From contig OY970209.1 of NCBI GenBank assembly GCA_963713855.1, forward strand, positions 1,056,001-1,120,000: a stretch of DNA of 64,000 bases. Direction: 5' to 3'. The notes under the pieces were generated by a model that saw only the letters and a list, made by a program, of their open reading frames with translations, did not search any database and was not told where the DNA came from. The position numbers and the translations under genes are program-made. This document shows, piece by piece, positions 1-10,675 of this stretch (positions are counted from its first letter, which is position 1; the number at the start of each line of letters is the position of its first letter). The stretch comes from an uncultured bacterium (GTDB lineage Bacteria > Babelota > Babeliae > Babelales > Babelaceae).

Positions 1-541
1 TTATGCTATTAAGAAGTCGTCTATTTATTCGATCTGGAATGGTCTTTAGTCCCAAATCCGCTGAGCCATTTAAAAGATCACCGTACGTATTTATGCTTTT
101 TGCTGAAAAGAGGCCAAGATATGCTTCTGTAAGCTTCTCTATAAGACAAGCAAAAATGGTATCTCCAGACGCCTCAGTTCTAGCGTTAACGTCAGCTCCT
201 TCCTCAATAGCATAGATGAAGGCTAGCACATCCCCATTGTACAAAAGCCTTTCTAGAAGAATCTGTATGAATGGTCGCTTGGCATAAGAGAAATTAAGGT
301 GGCCGCCATCGTTCAATTTGCTTTCTATTCGGTCCCATTCTTGGTTGCAGAAAGCAGTGTAGAGATCTTTTATAAAGCTTTTTTTGCGCTTGGGTCTTTT
401 AGAGCATTTTCCTTCTTCTAAACTCTCCTCATTCCTGTGACGCTTCTGGCGAAGCTGTTCATCCCCGCCTTCCATGCCCATTAGGTATGAGCCGCATAGA
501 AGAATGACAAAAAGCCCGCTAAAAGTAAAAAACGATTTCAT
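1..541 (-). CDS. Partial (runs off left edge) secreted ankyrin-like protein
   Basis: Absent from the ORF track. Manual translation from ATG 541: MKSFFTFSGLFVILLCGSYLMGMEGGDEQLRQKRHRNEESLEEGKCSKRPKRKK...YAIEEGADVNARTEASGDT. Signal peptide, GME motif and ankyrin-type GADVNA. Confidence 0.8.
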   Translation of the reverse strand, partial: MKSFFTFSGLFVILLCGSYLMGMEGGDEQLRQKRHRNEESLEEGKCSKRPKRKKSFIKDLYTAFCNQEWDRIESKLNDGGHLNFSYAKRPFIQILLERLLYNGDVLAFIYAIEEGADVNARTEASGDTIFACLIEKLTEAYLGLFSAKSINTYGDLLNGSADLGLKTIPDRINRRLLNSI

Positions 542-574
542 GGTCACCTGTAATTAATTATTTGAATGATACAA

Positions 575-606
575 AAATTATTACTCAGACAGAATATTTT
601 GTCAAA
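575..606 (-). promoter_or_regulatory. Putative sigma70 promoter
   Basis: Minus strand TTGACA-aaatattctgtctgag-TAATAAT upstream of ATG 541. Confidence 0.45.
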
Positions 607-735
607 AAAGTTGCTTGATTCAGGGCATTTTTTGATAAGTGTTTTTCATTATCTTGATATTGGATTTGAACTCTATTGCTTTTTGGAGGTATATTTTTTA
701 TTCTTTTTTAATGTTTTGAAGCATGAGGAGAGAAG

Positions 736-942
736 ATGAAGATATTGTTTGTGTGTTTACTGGTAGCGGGTATGTTTTTTAGCTTGCAGGCATCGGCTGG
801 CATTGCAGAAAAGTACGAAGGAAAATGCGGACTTTGCCATGGACCATTAGATGCTGCATCTGAAGAATTCTCGCGCATCGACAATTGTCCATGTAACTTT
901 CACGCCCACTGCCTGAAAACTTTTAGAGGCGAAAGCGAATAG
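736..942 (+). CDS. Small secreted protein with incomplete RING-like zinc finger
   Basis: RBS GAGGAG; signal peptide ending ASA; CGLC-x16-CPCNFHAHC; final CxxC missing. Confidence 0.6.
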   Translation: MKILFVCLLVAGMFFSLQASAGIAEKYEGKCGLCHGPLDAASEEFSRIDNCPCNFHAHCLKTFRGESE

Positions 943-953
943 CTTGCTTTGCC

Positions 954-2144
954 TTATGAACCTAGATAGGGAAGCCTTTCTGCAATGTTGGGCGTTGGTA
1001 AGGCGCGTTCAAGCTCTGTTGATGGCTGAACAGGCAAATGAATTTCTTCAAACCTAGGCGCAAGCAGCGCAAAAATGTGCTCAAGATTATTACGTTGTCT
1101 TTCTTCTAGCTCTATGCCTGTGCCCAAGAGATCGGACAAAGAAGACCTTCCTCGCAAAGCTGTTCTATTCAGGATTGTACGAACATGTAGTGCTACTGAA
1201 AGTGTATCGAGTGTTATATTAAGCTTTTGAGCGTAAGCTAGGATAGCTATTACTGCTTCCACTTTTCCTTGCGATGCCGCCCATAAGAGTGCTTTGTTAA
1301 GAGCAGCTATAACTGCGGCTTTTTTTGGCTTTGCAATTAAAAGTGCTTGAAGCAACGAGTGCATAAGTGCTGGTTCGCCAATCATGGCTGCGCGCACAAA
1401 AGCTTCTGAAAGCACACTGGCTGAGAGACTAAAACGCAATATCCTTTTTACGACGTATGTTTGGCCTTGAGATACCATGAAGAGTAACGCAACTTCCATT
1501 AGCCTTCTCACGACCGGTGCTCGACGTCGCCTTTCTTTTATTTCCTCTTCATTTGACGGTTCTCTTCTAAAGTATTCATATGCTTCATCAATCGTAGAAA
1601 GTATTTCATTGAGATCGCCGGTTTTGATATAGGGCACTATTAAGCCGTTTTTTGCTATGGGAAAACTCGTACTCAGCATGGTTCTTAGGAGCTTGCCTGA
1701 AGCAGTTTTAGAAATTTTTTCTACCGATAGGCCACGTAAGCTGAGCCAAAGAAAGAGGTAGAACTCCCAATTTTGGGCAAGTAATTTTTTAGCATGGTAT
1801 TCGTTCATTCCCGTGAGCCTTAAAAAAAGTTTTGCTAGTTTTTTGGTTGACACAGGTAAGCTGTCGATTGGTAGGCCCGCTAATAATAATTGTTCGAAAA
1901 TGCCATAAATTGAGCTCATTGGCGACCGAGTGCTGTGCATAAAACGTGAGTAGACCTCATGAAGGTTTAAGTCCTCTACATGATCTATAAGAGTTGTCCA
2001 GTTTCTTGGTGTTGCCAATGTGCCTTTAGTTTCTGTTTTTTTTGACTTTTCAGCTTCTTTTTCTTTTCCATTTACCCCATTAATAGGCAGAAAATGTACA
2101 AGCGAGCTCATGAATAAAACATAAAATAAGTAATTTTTTGACAT
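954..2144 (-). CDS. Secreted protein with degenerate ankyrin-like repeats
   Basis: N-terminal hydrophobic stretch; AFVRAAMIGE and ALLWAASQGKVEAV resemble segments of 40132..41379 and 42327..43346. Confidence 0.65.
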   Translation of the reverse strand: MSKNYLFYVLFMSSLVHFLPINGVNGKEKEAEKSKKTETKGTLATPRNWTTLIDHVEDLNLHEVYSRFMHSTRSPMSSIYGIFEQLLLAGLPIDSLPVSTKKLAKLFLRLTGMNEYHAKKLLAQNWEFYLFLWLSLRGLSVEKISKTASGKLLRTMLSTSFPIAKNGLIVPYIKTGDLNEILSTIDEAYEYFRREPSNEEEIKERRRRAPVVRRLMEVALLFMVSQGQTYVVKRILRFSLSASVLSEAFVRAAMIGEPALMHSLLQALLIAKPKKAAVIAALNKALLWAASQGKVEAVIAILAYAQKLNITLDTLSVALHVRTILNRTALRGRSSLSDLLGTGIELEERQRNNLEHIFALLAPRFEEIHLPVQPSTELERALPTPNIAERLPYLGS

Positions 2145-2450
2145 TTGTTAAAAGACCTTTTTTTACATAGTCTAGCGCTTTAATTGTTCAATAGTCAATA
2201 ATGTAAGTAAATATCCGATTAATTTTGAAAGCGGGTCTGTGGATAAATAGCCGTTGCGTAGGAGATAACTTCGAGCTCAAGTTTTTTTTGAATCTGATAT
2301 GGTGCATGAAAGAAAGTTAAATCATTTTGTCGTTTATGAGCTTAGCATAGTAAATAATTTTATATCTGAATAAATTATTGATTTTAAAAATATCATTTTG
2401 CTAGTATTGAATCATAAATAGATTGATAGATCATCCTCAAAGGAGAAATT

Positions 2451-2993
2451 ATGAGGCTCATCAAGATAGTTGGCTATGTACTGTCAATGACCATTATAGC
2501 TGCTGGAAGTTCTGTATATCCCGTTACAATAACCATGAAAAATACCTCGGATCGCGAGGTAACCATTGTAGTGTTTGCAAAACCCTGCACTATGCCAAAT
2601 TGTTTCGGAACTCATTATATTTTCCCACTTTTGCCCAACGAGGAGCAGAAAAAAGATATTAGATCTGATTGTGTAGGTAATGCTATGCTTTGGATGTGCA
2701 AAGATTGTGTAAAATCGAAGGGTAATTCTATCACTTTTAAGGAATTTCCAAATACAGGTTTCGCACCAGCAAAACCTGATACGACTATATGGCTACCCAT
2801 ATGCGATGACGTGAAGTTGACTGTTCGACGAGATCCGGGTTACGGTTGGGAGTTGTCTGCTGATCCAGTTATCTCATATTGGAAACATTTCAAGAATTTG
2901 ATAGGAAAGGGAAAAGGCGAGAAACTTCGGGCAATTGCCTGGTCAATTAGCGGTCGCACCGGCGATACTCATACCTCGTATAACTATTATTAG
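2451..2993 (+). CDS. Hypothetical secreted Cys-rich protein
   Basis: RBS AAGGAG, signal peptide, 6 Cys. Confidence 0.7.
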   Translation: MRLIKIVGYVLSMTIIAAGSSVYPVTITMKNTSDREVTIVVFAKPCTMPNCFGTHYIFPLLPNEEQKKDIRSDCVGNAMLWMCKDCVKSKGNSITFKEFPNTGFAPAKPDTTIWLPICDDVKLTVRRDPGYGWELSADPVISYWKHFKNLIGKGKGEKLRAIAWSISGRTGDTHTSYNYY

Positions 2994-3230
2994 GTTAGCC
3001 TGCTGATAATAATTCCTGAATTGTCGAGTGCTCATATCGTATTGTTATTAGTACGTAGACGGCTTTTTCTTATATTGTAAAACGCTTTAAGGCTTTCAAA
3101 AATTGGTCAATATTGTCTCGTGGACTGTTTCGAATAGTTCATCTATTATCTGATTCTTGATTCTACGCTTCTTATCCAAGTACTCTACCAAAGGTAGAGG
3201 ATCGCAACATTTTTAGAAAATAGGCACAGT

Positions 3231-4124
3231 ATGTTTCTTTATAGTTGTACATTGATTTTAAGTACGCTTTGCGTTTCCCTTCATGCAAGTAATAAATCTC
3301 TCTCCCACTTGCATGTTGATTTTGATACCTCCATGGGCAAAGGAACTCCGGAGTATGAAAAGAAATTTGCAGATCCTGTAAAGCGTAAAGCGCTTGAAAG
3401 CGCCCGTGAGCTCTATGAAAAAAATAATCTTTCACGCGTCACCTATCTTGATGAAGTAAAAATTCCTCGCATCATTCACCAAATTTGGGTCGGGGATAAA
3501 CCGCTTCCCAAAAATTACTCAAGGTTAAAAAAGACGTGGACTAAGCACCATCCCGGCTGGGCATACAAATTATGGACACCAAAAAAAATCAAGCGACTCA
3601 CTTTACATAATAGAAAATTTTACGATCGAGCCCGTGAACCGGAAGAAAAGGCCAATATATTGCGCTATGAGCTGCTGGACAAATTTGGTGGTTTATATTG
3701 TGATGTCGATTTTAAGTGTTTAAAATCTTTTGAGCCGCTTCATCATTGTTATGATTTTTACACTGGTTTAACCCCTTTAGATTCTGCTGTCATGCTTAAC
3801 AATGCTCTCATCGGGTGTACACCCGGGCATCCTATAATCAAACACTGTATCAGAAGTATGAAAGACACTATGAATAAATCTAATCGCTTTTTTCGTAATG
3901 GCGTAGGCTTTTTTTCTCAAGTATTCACCGCTTTAGCTCCGCGTGTTCCCGGTGTCACGATTGCTTTTCCCCCAACCTATTTCTATCCACTTAAGTTGAC
4001 CTATAACGCGCACGAGCTTGTTGATTGCTTAAAGTCCGAATCTTTTGCGGTTCATTATTGGGCAAGTAGGCATGGTCAAAATACGCCCCATTTAAAAAAT
4101 AAAGCAGCTCTCAAAAAGTCATAG
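3231..4124 (+). CDS. Glycosyltransferase, GT32/OCH1-like (DXD sugar-binding region), with signal-like N-terminus
   Basis: IPRIIHQIW, KANILRYELL..FGGLYCDVDF, NNALIGCTPGHP, FYP...FAVHYW motifs. Confidence 0.9.
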   Translation: MFLYSCTLILSTLCVSLHASNKSLSHLHVDFDTSMGKGTPEYEKKFADPVKRKALESARELYEKNNLSRVTYLDEVKIPRIIHQIWVGDKPLPKNYSRLKKTWTKHHPGWAYKLWTPKKIKRLTLHNRKFYDRAREPEEKANILRYELLDKFGGLYCDVDFKCLKSFEPLHHCYDFYTGLTPLDSAVMLNNALIGCTPGHPIIKHCIRSMKDTMNKSNRFFRNGVGFFSQVFTALAPRVPGVTIAFPPTYFYPLKLTYNAHELVDCLKSESFAVHYWASRHGQNTPHLKNKAALKKS

Positions 4125-4229
4125 ATAGCAGTTCTAGCCGCGGCGTCATTTTTTTGTAAAAGACTTCTTTTCGGCTTTGCTTTTAAAAGCTATACTGCCC
4201 ATAAGATCGAGCCTACAAGGAGAGGGATT

Positions 4230-5372
4230 ATGAAGTTGAAAGCGCTCTTTTTTCTTACTTACTGTCTAGCCATTTACGCACAACCCAAGGGCTGTCATGA
4301 GCTCTTGGAGCCTGGAAAAGTATGCCCAGAGCCTAACACAGTTTCTTTACGTGATGAAAGTGACATCTACTGCGTGGTGCTTGCTGGAGGTAATGGTGAG
4401 CGGCTTTGGCCATTGAGCAGAAAAGATAAGCCCAAGCAGTTTCTTTCATTAGATGCACAGGGTTCTATTTTTGAATCCACGCTTGACCGCATGCAAAAGA
4501 TCAAAGGAAATAAGCATTTTTGGGCAGTAACAACTAAAGCACTCTATGAGCCTTTAAAGCAGCTAGCAAAAGATAGGATTGAGCATTACGTCGTTGAGCC
4601 TGCAAGAAGAAACACTGCGCCTGCGATACTGTTAACATGTCTATCAATAGCACAAAAAGATCCCCATGCCCGTGTTATTTTTTTGCCATGCGATCAACAT
4701 GTACCCGATAGTGAGGCTTTTACAAAAACGCTTAATCTGCTTTTAGACGCGCCGTCTATTGGGGGCATTACGCTTATTGGCCTCAAACCAGAGCGTCCCG
4801 CAACGGGATACGGTTACATTAAGTTTGATCCGGCAAAAGAGGGCATTTCTCCAGCGCTCGGTTTTTTTGAAAAACCAACTTTAGCGCGCGCGCAAGAATA
4901 TATGGAATCAGGAAACATGCTTTGGAATACTGGTATTTTCTTTGGTAAAGTCATCGATTTTATCGAAGAGTATCGAAAATATGCACCAGAAGTACTTAAC
5001 TCAGTTGAAGCTTTCTTAAAAGGAGAGGGTATCTATGAGGATGCGCCTAACACTTCTATAGATTATGCAGTTTTAGAGCACAGTAATGCCGTCAATGTAT
5101 TACCAGCGTCATTTGCATGGTCTGACATAGGTAGCATAGTGACTTTTCTCTCGCTTAAAGGTGAGCCATCAGATAGGTCTACTATTGCCATTGATGCACA
5201 GAACAACCTTATTGAAACAAGCAAAAAACTTGTTGCACTCATTGGTGTATCGGACCTTTGCATAGCGGAAACGGATGACGTTCTTATGGTTACTCATTGC
5301 AGTAGAGCCGAAGAAGTAAAGCGTGTTGTAGCCGAGCTTGTCAAGGATGACAAGTATCAAAGGTACTTATGA
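4230..5372 (+). CDS. manC: Mannose-1-phosphate guanylyltransferase (GMP domain, no obvious PMI domain) with N-terminal extension
   Basis: LAGGNGERLWPLSRKDKPKQFL, EPARRNTAPAI, GYGYI, FFEKP, WNTGIF, SIDYAVLE, WSDIGS. Confidence 0.9.
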   Translation: MKLKALFFLTYCLAIYAQPKGCHELLEPGKVCPEPNTVSLRDESDIYCVVLAGGNGERLWPLSRKDKPKQFLSLDAQGSIFESTLDRMQKIKGNKHFWAVTTKALYEPLKQLAKDRIEHYVVEPARRNTAPAILLTCLSIAQKDPHARVIFLPCDQHVPDSEAFTKTLNLLLDAPSIGGITLIGLKPERPATGYGYIKFDPAKEGISPALGFFEKPTLARAQEYMESGNMLWNTGIFFGKVIDFIEEYRKYAPEVLNSVEAFLKGEGIYEDAPNTSIDYAVLEHSNAVNVLPASFAWSDIGSIVTFLSLKGEPSDRSTIAIDAQNNLIETSKKLVALIGVSDLCIAETDDVLMVTHCSRAEEVKRVVAELVKDDKYQRYL

Positions 5373-5884
5373 TTGATATGGTCTTTCTGCTCCTGTTATC
5401 AGCAGGAGCAGTCCTTTTTGAGCACGGCAAAAAATCTTTAAAGCACTTTAAGTATAGACCCATGCTCCATATTTTCTTAGCAGCGCTTTTATCCCTTCTT
5501 CTTGTGTTTCTAACTGCGGTTGTAATTAGAAGTGTAAGCACACCGACAAGATTTTTGATTCAGATCAGTTTTTTAGCCATAGTAATCCAAGCCGCTTATA
5601 AGCATTCGCGTGCTTACTTTACAAAAGCGACCATCAATAACCGCGTATACCTTTTTAAGGCGGTAGGTGCGAGCACAGCGCTCATGTGGGTTTTTGTAAT
5701 TGTTTTTATTATAAATGAAGCGTTTACCCTTAGGCAAAAATGTAGCGTTTTGGCATCACCCACGCCGTGTTACACGCTAATGCACCTAAGTCTTGCTAAA
5801 ATTTCTCTCTTTTTTCTCGGCATCCTCGTTCTTTTGATCATCGCGGATACTTGGGTTTTTAAGACTGAATTTAGGCCAGAGTAG
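5369..5884 (+). CDS. Hypothetical multi-pass membrane protein, coupled to manC
   Basis: ATGA overlap with the manC stop; 4-5 hydrophobic segments. Confidence 0.7.
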   Translation: MIDMVFLLLLSAGAVLFEHGKKSLKHFKYRPMLHIFLAALLSLLLVFLTAVVIRSVSTPTRFLIQISFLAIVIQAAYKHSRAYFTKATINNRVYLFKAVGASTALMWVFVIVFIINEAFTLRQKCSVLASPTPCYTLMHLSLAKISLFFLGILVLLIIADTWVFKTEFRPE

Positions 5885-5888
5885 CTTA

Positions 5889-6872
5889 TTAGTCGTATAA
5901 GAAGTTAGGTAAACGCACTTGTATTCCTGTGTATCCGCCCATAAAATCTTTGTCTCGGTCACCTATGCTACCAACAATCTTATAGCGTTGAGAGAGCTCT
6001 TTTCTCATAGATTGCTTCCATACTTCGCTTGCTTGATTTTTCTCGTCTTTAAGAATAAGCGCGTCAAAATCGGTATATCCTGCATTTTTAAGCCGCTCAA
6101 GTATAACGTCATAAATTTCTTTTAAGCGGCCACTCATGAAAATAATTTTATACCCCTGCTTTAACAAGTTCTTGTAGAGTTCTAAAACGGGCTCATTTGC
6201 TCTCCAAAGCTTTTCAGCTCTGAACGTTTGAAAGGCTTCTTTATTGGGCCAAAGAAAACTATCTCGATCAGCGTATGCAATAAGAGCCGTATCGTCTATG
6301 TCAAAAATGACCACGTCATTCTCATGCACTTCTAAGACGGCAAAAATTTCTTGGGCTCTTTTACATATCTCTTTCAAATCATTTTCATAAAGCCCTGTAA
6401 GATAATAAGCTCGTATAGCTTTTAAGAACGTTTTAGCGTTAGAAAGCTCTATCCCAAAAATGCTGCGTTTTGGAGATTTTAAAACAGTTTCTGAATCAGA
6501 CTTTTGTTCCGGGGCGTCTAGCACGATATTTCTATCAACAGATTCAAGGACGAGCTTTGTTTGATCGTCTACGTTAATTTGAAATTTGTTCGAACTAATG
6601 GTGCATTCGTTATCTGGACACATATATTCTGAAGGTAATTCAAACAAAAAAATAGTCTTTTCTCGTGCAGTGTACAGTGATAGAGTACATGGATTAGTAC
6701 TTTCCTTTAGAGTGATGATGCTGTCGCTTTTAATAAGAGTCTCTTCTGTGTCTTGCTCGCTTTTAATGAAAATACCTACCGTATATGGAGTTACATTGTG
6801 TAGGACGATCTCCTTTGCACATGTAAATGGTGCAAAGCAGTACATGATGCTAAAAATTATACCTTTTTTCAT
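5889..6872 (-). CDS. HAD-superfamily subfamily IIIB acid phosphatase with extra N-terminal domain
   Basis: VIFDIDDT motif I, IFMSGR motif II, IVGSIGDRDKDF motif IV, LPN..Y end. Start moved to MKKGIIF (signal peptide). Confidence 0.85.
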   Translation of the reverse strand: MKKGIIFSIMYCFAPFTCAKEIVLHNVTPYTVGIFIKSEQDTEETLIKSDSIITLKESTNPCTLSLYTAREKTIFLFELPSEYMCPDNECTISSNKFQINVDDQTKLVLESVDRNIVLDAPEQKSDSETVLKSPKRSIFGIELSNAKTFLKAIRAYYLTGLYENDLKEICKRAQEIFAVLEVHENDVVIFDIDDTALIAYADRDSFLWPNKEAFQTFRAEKLWRANEPVLELYKNLLKQGYKIIFMSGRLKEIYDVILERLKNAGYTDFDALILKDEKNQASEVWKQSMRKELSQRYKIVGSIGDRDKDFMGGYTGIQVRLPNFLYD

Positions 6873-7006
6873 GGGGCCTTTCGCAATGTGCTCATAATTT
6901 GAAGTAGTGTAACAAACCAATTTCTTGCCCCACAAGAAACTGGTTTAATGCCATTCTTTTTTTGGTAAATTTCTCAAGGACGGGCTTTACTCTACGACAC
7001 AAATCG

Positions 7007-10000
7007 TCATAATTGATCCGGTCCAAAATTAACGCTACCTAAAACTGCTCTTGGTCTGTAGACATACTTATAGAGCATCAAAGCGGCTAACCCCGCTGCA
7101 GTCAATAGAGCAGCGCCTCCGATAACGCTAACAGGTATAACCGATGCAAGAATAATTGTTAGGTTATTATTTGAGCTGTTTGAGCCATCTTGACTGCTAC
7201 CATCGCCCAGAAGAGTTCCGAAAGAACCAACTGATACATCATTGGAATCGAAATTAGCTGTTGCAAGAGACTCTTCCTGATTGTTTGAACTTGTATTATA
7301 CGGAGCGAAAATTACAGCAACACAATGGGTTGAGTTAGTTGGTAAAGGATAAGATCCATTAGCAGATAAGATTCCCCCATTAACCGTAAAGAGTGAGAAG
7401 TTATTAGAATCGCTATTGGCCGTTGCTACAAAAGCACCATTTGACGTAGCGCTAATAGATTGAGGATTAAGCGAGCCTGTAGGCAGCGAGTATGACTGTG
7501 CACCACTGAGAATACCTGATTGAAAGTTAAATGCCGTAACGTCATTCGAACCACTGTTAGCCGTAACAAGAAGATTAACGGGTAAAAATGTAAGAGACTG
7601 AGGTCCGGTGGATCCTGCAGGTAAAGCTGTTAATGTACCACCGCTTAAGACACCTCCTGCAACATTGAAGACCGCAATATTGTTTGAAGCATAATTAGCA
7701 GTGGCAAGAAAAAGGCCATCCGGCGTAAATGATGTAGCTTCAGGTTGTAAAGCGCCGTTTGGTAACGGATATGCCGTTGGATTCTTTAAAATGCCTCCGA
7801 TCACCTGAAATACCGTGACGTCATTTGATCCAGCGTTGGCAACAGCAAGGTAAAGATTGCCCGGAGCAAATTGTAGCGAACTAGGGTTGGTTGATCCCGC
7901 AGGTAACGGATATGAAACAGCTCCTGTTAATTGTCCAGCTAGTAGTTTAAACACAGTTACGTCATTTGTCTTTTCGTTAGCTGTTGCAACATATGCATTA
8001 TCCGATGAAAAAGCCACTGACGTAGGAAGCGAAGGGTTTGCGAGATTGAATGGTAGGGGGAATGATTTTTTCGTTCCTAGCGTAAGAGTGTTGTTAGTTA
8101 GGTTTGCAGTAAAAAGCGTAACATCGCTTGTGTCAAAATTTGCAGTTGCAAGATAGGAGCGATCCGATGAAAATGCTACCGCAGTGGGCCCACGAGATCC
8201 CCTCAATAGTGGTGGTAGAGGGTATACTATGCCGCCGCTCAATACTCCTGCCAGTTACGGCAAATACACTAACATTAGACGAACCCTCATCCGCAATAGC
8301 AAGGTATAGGCCGTTTGGTGTAAATGACACTGATTGTGGCGAGGTAGAACTAGAAGGTAATGCATATGAAGTGGCATTACTCAATGCTCCGCCTGCTCCC
8401 ACAGTAAACACAGTCGCTTCTTATTTGATTGAACATTACCCGTAGCAAGAAATAAGCCATTAGGTGAAAATGCTATTGATTGGGCAACGGCGGAGCCACC
8501 AGGCAGAGGATATGATGTGCCAGCGCTTAAGACTTCTCCTGATCCCACCGTAAAGACTGTTACGTCTCCAGCATTAGCAGTTGCAAGATACGTACCGTTC
8601 GGCGAAAACGCTAGTGCGTATGGGAAGCTTGAACCACTGGGTAAAGGATATGAACTACCTCCACTGACGACTCCTGCGGCGTTAAAATTAAACACGGTTA
8701 CAGCATTATTGCCAAAATCGGGAGTAGCAAGGTATGAGCCGCTTGGCGCAAAGGTGAACGATCGAGGATAGCTGCCAGACGGAATTATGCCATATGAAGT
8801 AGCGCCACTCAGCACTCCTCCTGCTCCCACATTAAAAACGGTAAAATCATTTGTAACTTCGTTACTTGTTACGAGATATTGATCATTTGGTGAAAACGCT
8901 ATTGCCATGGGATTTAGAGAACCGCCAGGCAAAGGGTAGGAGGTAGCGTTGCTTAATATGCCTCCTGGTTGCACCGTAAACATAGTAACAGTAGCCGATT
9001 GCACATTAGCTGTAGCAAGGTAAGCGTTATTTTGTGAGAATGCTAATGTATAAGGCTCTAGAAAGCCGGACAATACGAGATAGGCATTTGGACCGCCTAG
9101 CACACCTCCTGTTCCCACACTAAATACACTAACCGTACCATTACCAAAGCCCAAAACTCCGCCTGCGACGGCACAATGCGAGCCGTCCGGTGAAAATACT
9201 ATCGAAGCTGGGTATGATGGGCCAGCTGGTAATGCATATGATGTTCCTGGATTTAGCACTCCTCCCGTTGCCACTGTAAATATCGTCACGTTGCCGCTAC
9301 CAAGATTAGCGGTAGCAAGATACGAATCATTTGGTGAAAACGCCACTGACCAGGGTGATCCGGAACTTGCTGGCATGGGGTACGATGTTCCATTTGTTAG
9401 ATTTCCACCTGCTCCCACGCTAAATATTGTTACATTGTTTGAGGTATTATTACCAGTAGCAAGTAGTGTTTCGTCTTGCGAAAATGTTACTGCAACGGGA
9501 TAAGTGGCACCCGGAGGCAAGGGATAAGAAATACCGACACTTAAGACTCCGCCAGTTTGCATCGTAAAGATAGTGACATCATTTGAGAGCTCATTAGCTG
9601 TTGCTACATAATTACCTGAGGGTGAAAATGCAAGCTTTCCACCAAACGAAGAGCCTGAGGGCAAAGGATATGAAGCCTGGCCGCTTAAAACTCCAGCTAC
9701 TCCTACATTAAACAGCGTTACACCGTTCCCGTTAGCTACGGCAACATATAAGCTATTAGGAGAAAATACTGCTGAGTCAGCTCCTCCAGCAGCGATCGGA
9801 TATGACGTAGCCCCGCTTAAAGTTGCTCCTGAAACATTAAATAGGGTCACATCATTTGAGCTCCGATTTGCAGTAACAAGATATAAACCATTGGGTGAAA
9901 ATGCGACTGATGCGGGGTTTTTTGAACCGGAAGGCAAAGGATATGAAGCGATAAAATTCAATGCGCCTCCAGCTTGAACGCTAAATAATGTGACGTCATT

Positions 10001-10321
10001 TGTAATATAATTAGCAGTCGCATGATACAAGCCATCGGAAGAATACGCTGATGCGTATACAAGGGATGTCGGGCCCACAGGAAGAGAATATGAAATTCCG
10101 TTGTATAAAACTCCCCCTGCTACTTTGTACATTGAAACATCGTTTGAATTGGCGGTAGCAAAATAAGAGCCATCGGGTGAATACTGTCCATCAGTAGGCC
10201 ACATAGAGGCGCCCGGTAAAGGGTATCTAACCTCGTTAAGAGCTTCTGTCCAAGAGCTCGTAAAACAAATAATCCAAAAACTTATAAAAACAGACATGTT
10301 TAAAGCACGAGAAAACAACAT
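7007..10321 (-). pseudogene. Beta-propeller repeat membrane protein (21 blades) split by two frameshifts (~8422, ~8249)
   Basis: ORFs 8381..10321, 8133..8411 and 7007..8242 join into a colinear paralog of 48359..51664 and 54203..57526. May be an assembly error rather than true decay. Confidence 0.85.
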
Positions 10322-10625
10322 TCATACTCTCCGCATTTTTTTGCTAGCAAAAAGACCATTTTTTTTAACAAGACTTCGCTGGAATCGAAAGCGTAAAAAC
10401 AGCATTAGATTATTCAGCGAGTTATCAAATGTCAACCAGAACAATGGCATTAAAGCAAATAAAAATTGCCAAGAACAAAACGTTTGGCTTTGCTGTAAGC
10501 TACTTGTTTCAGACTTGATACGAAACAAAAGATTGTTAGGAAGTTTGGGTTTATTTTCTGCCACTAACGGTGGCAAATTGAGCTCTAGGAGATTTTTTTA
10601 AAGCAACGGGATTATCTTAAAGAAC

Positions 10626-10667
10626 AGTTCACGCTAACAGCCTTTGTAACGGTTATTAGCGTGAACG
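10626..10667 (-). terminator. Putative intrinsic terminator downstream of hdeD-like gene
   Basis: Inverted repeat GTTCACGCTAA...TTAGCGTGAAC. Confidence 0.65.
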
Positions 10668-10675
10668 CTTATTAT

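Noticed and set aside
2238..2246. Perfect DnaA box TGTGGATAA
   Set aside because: Single box with no cluster or dnaA context; insufficient for oriC.
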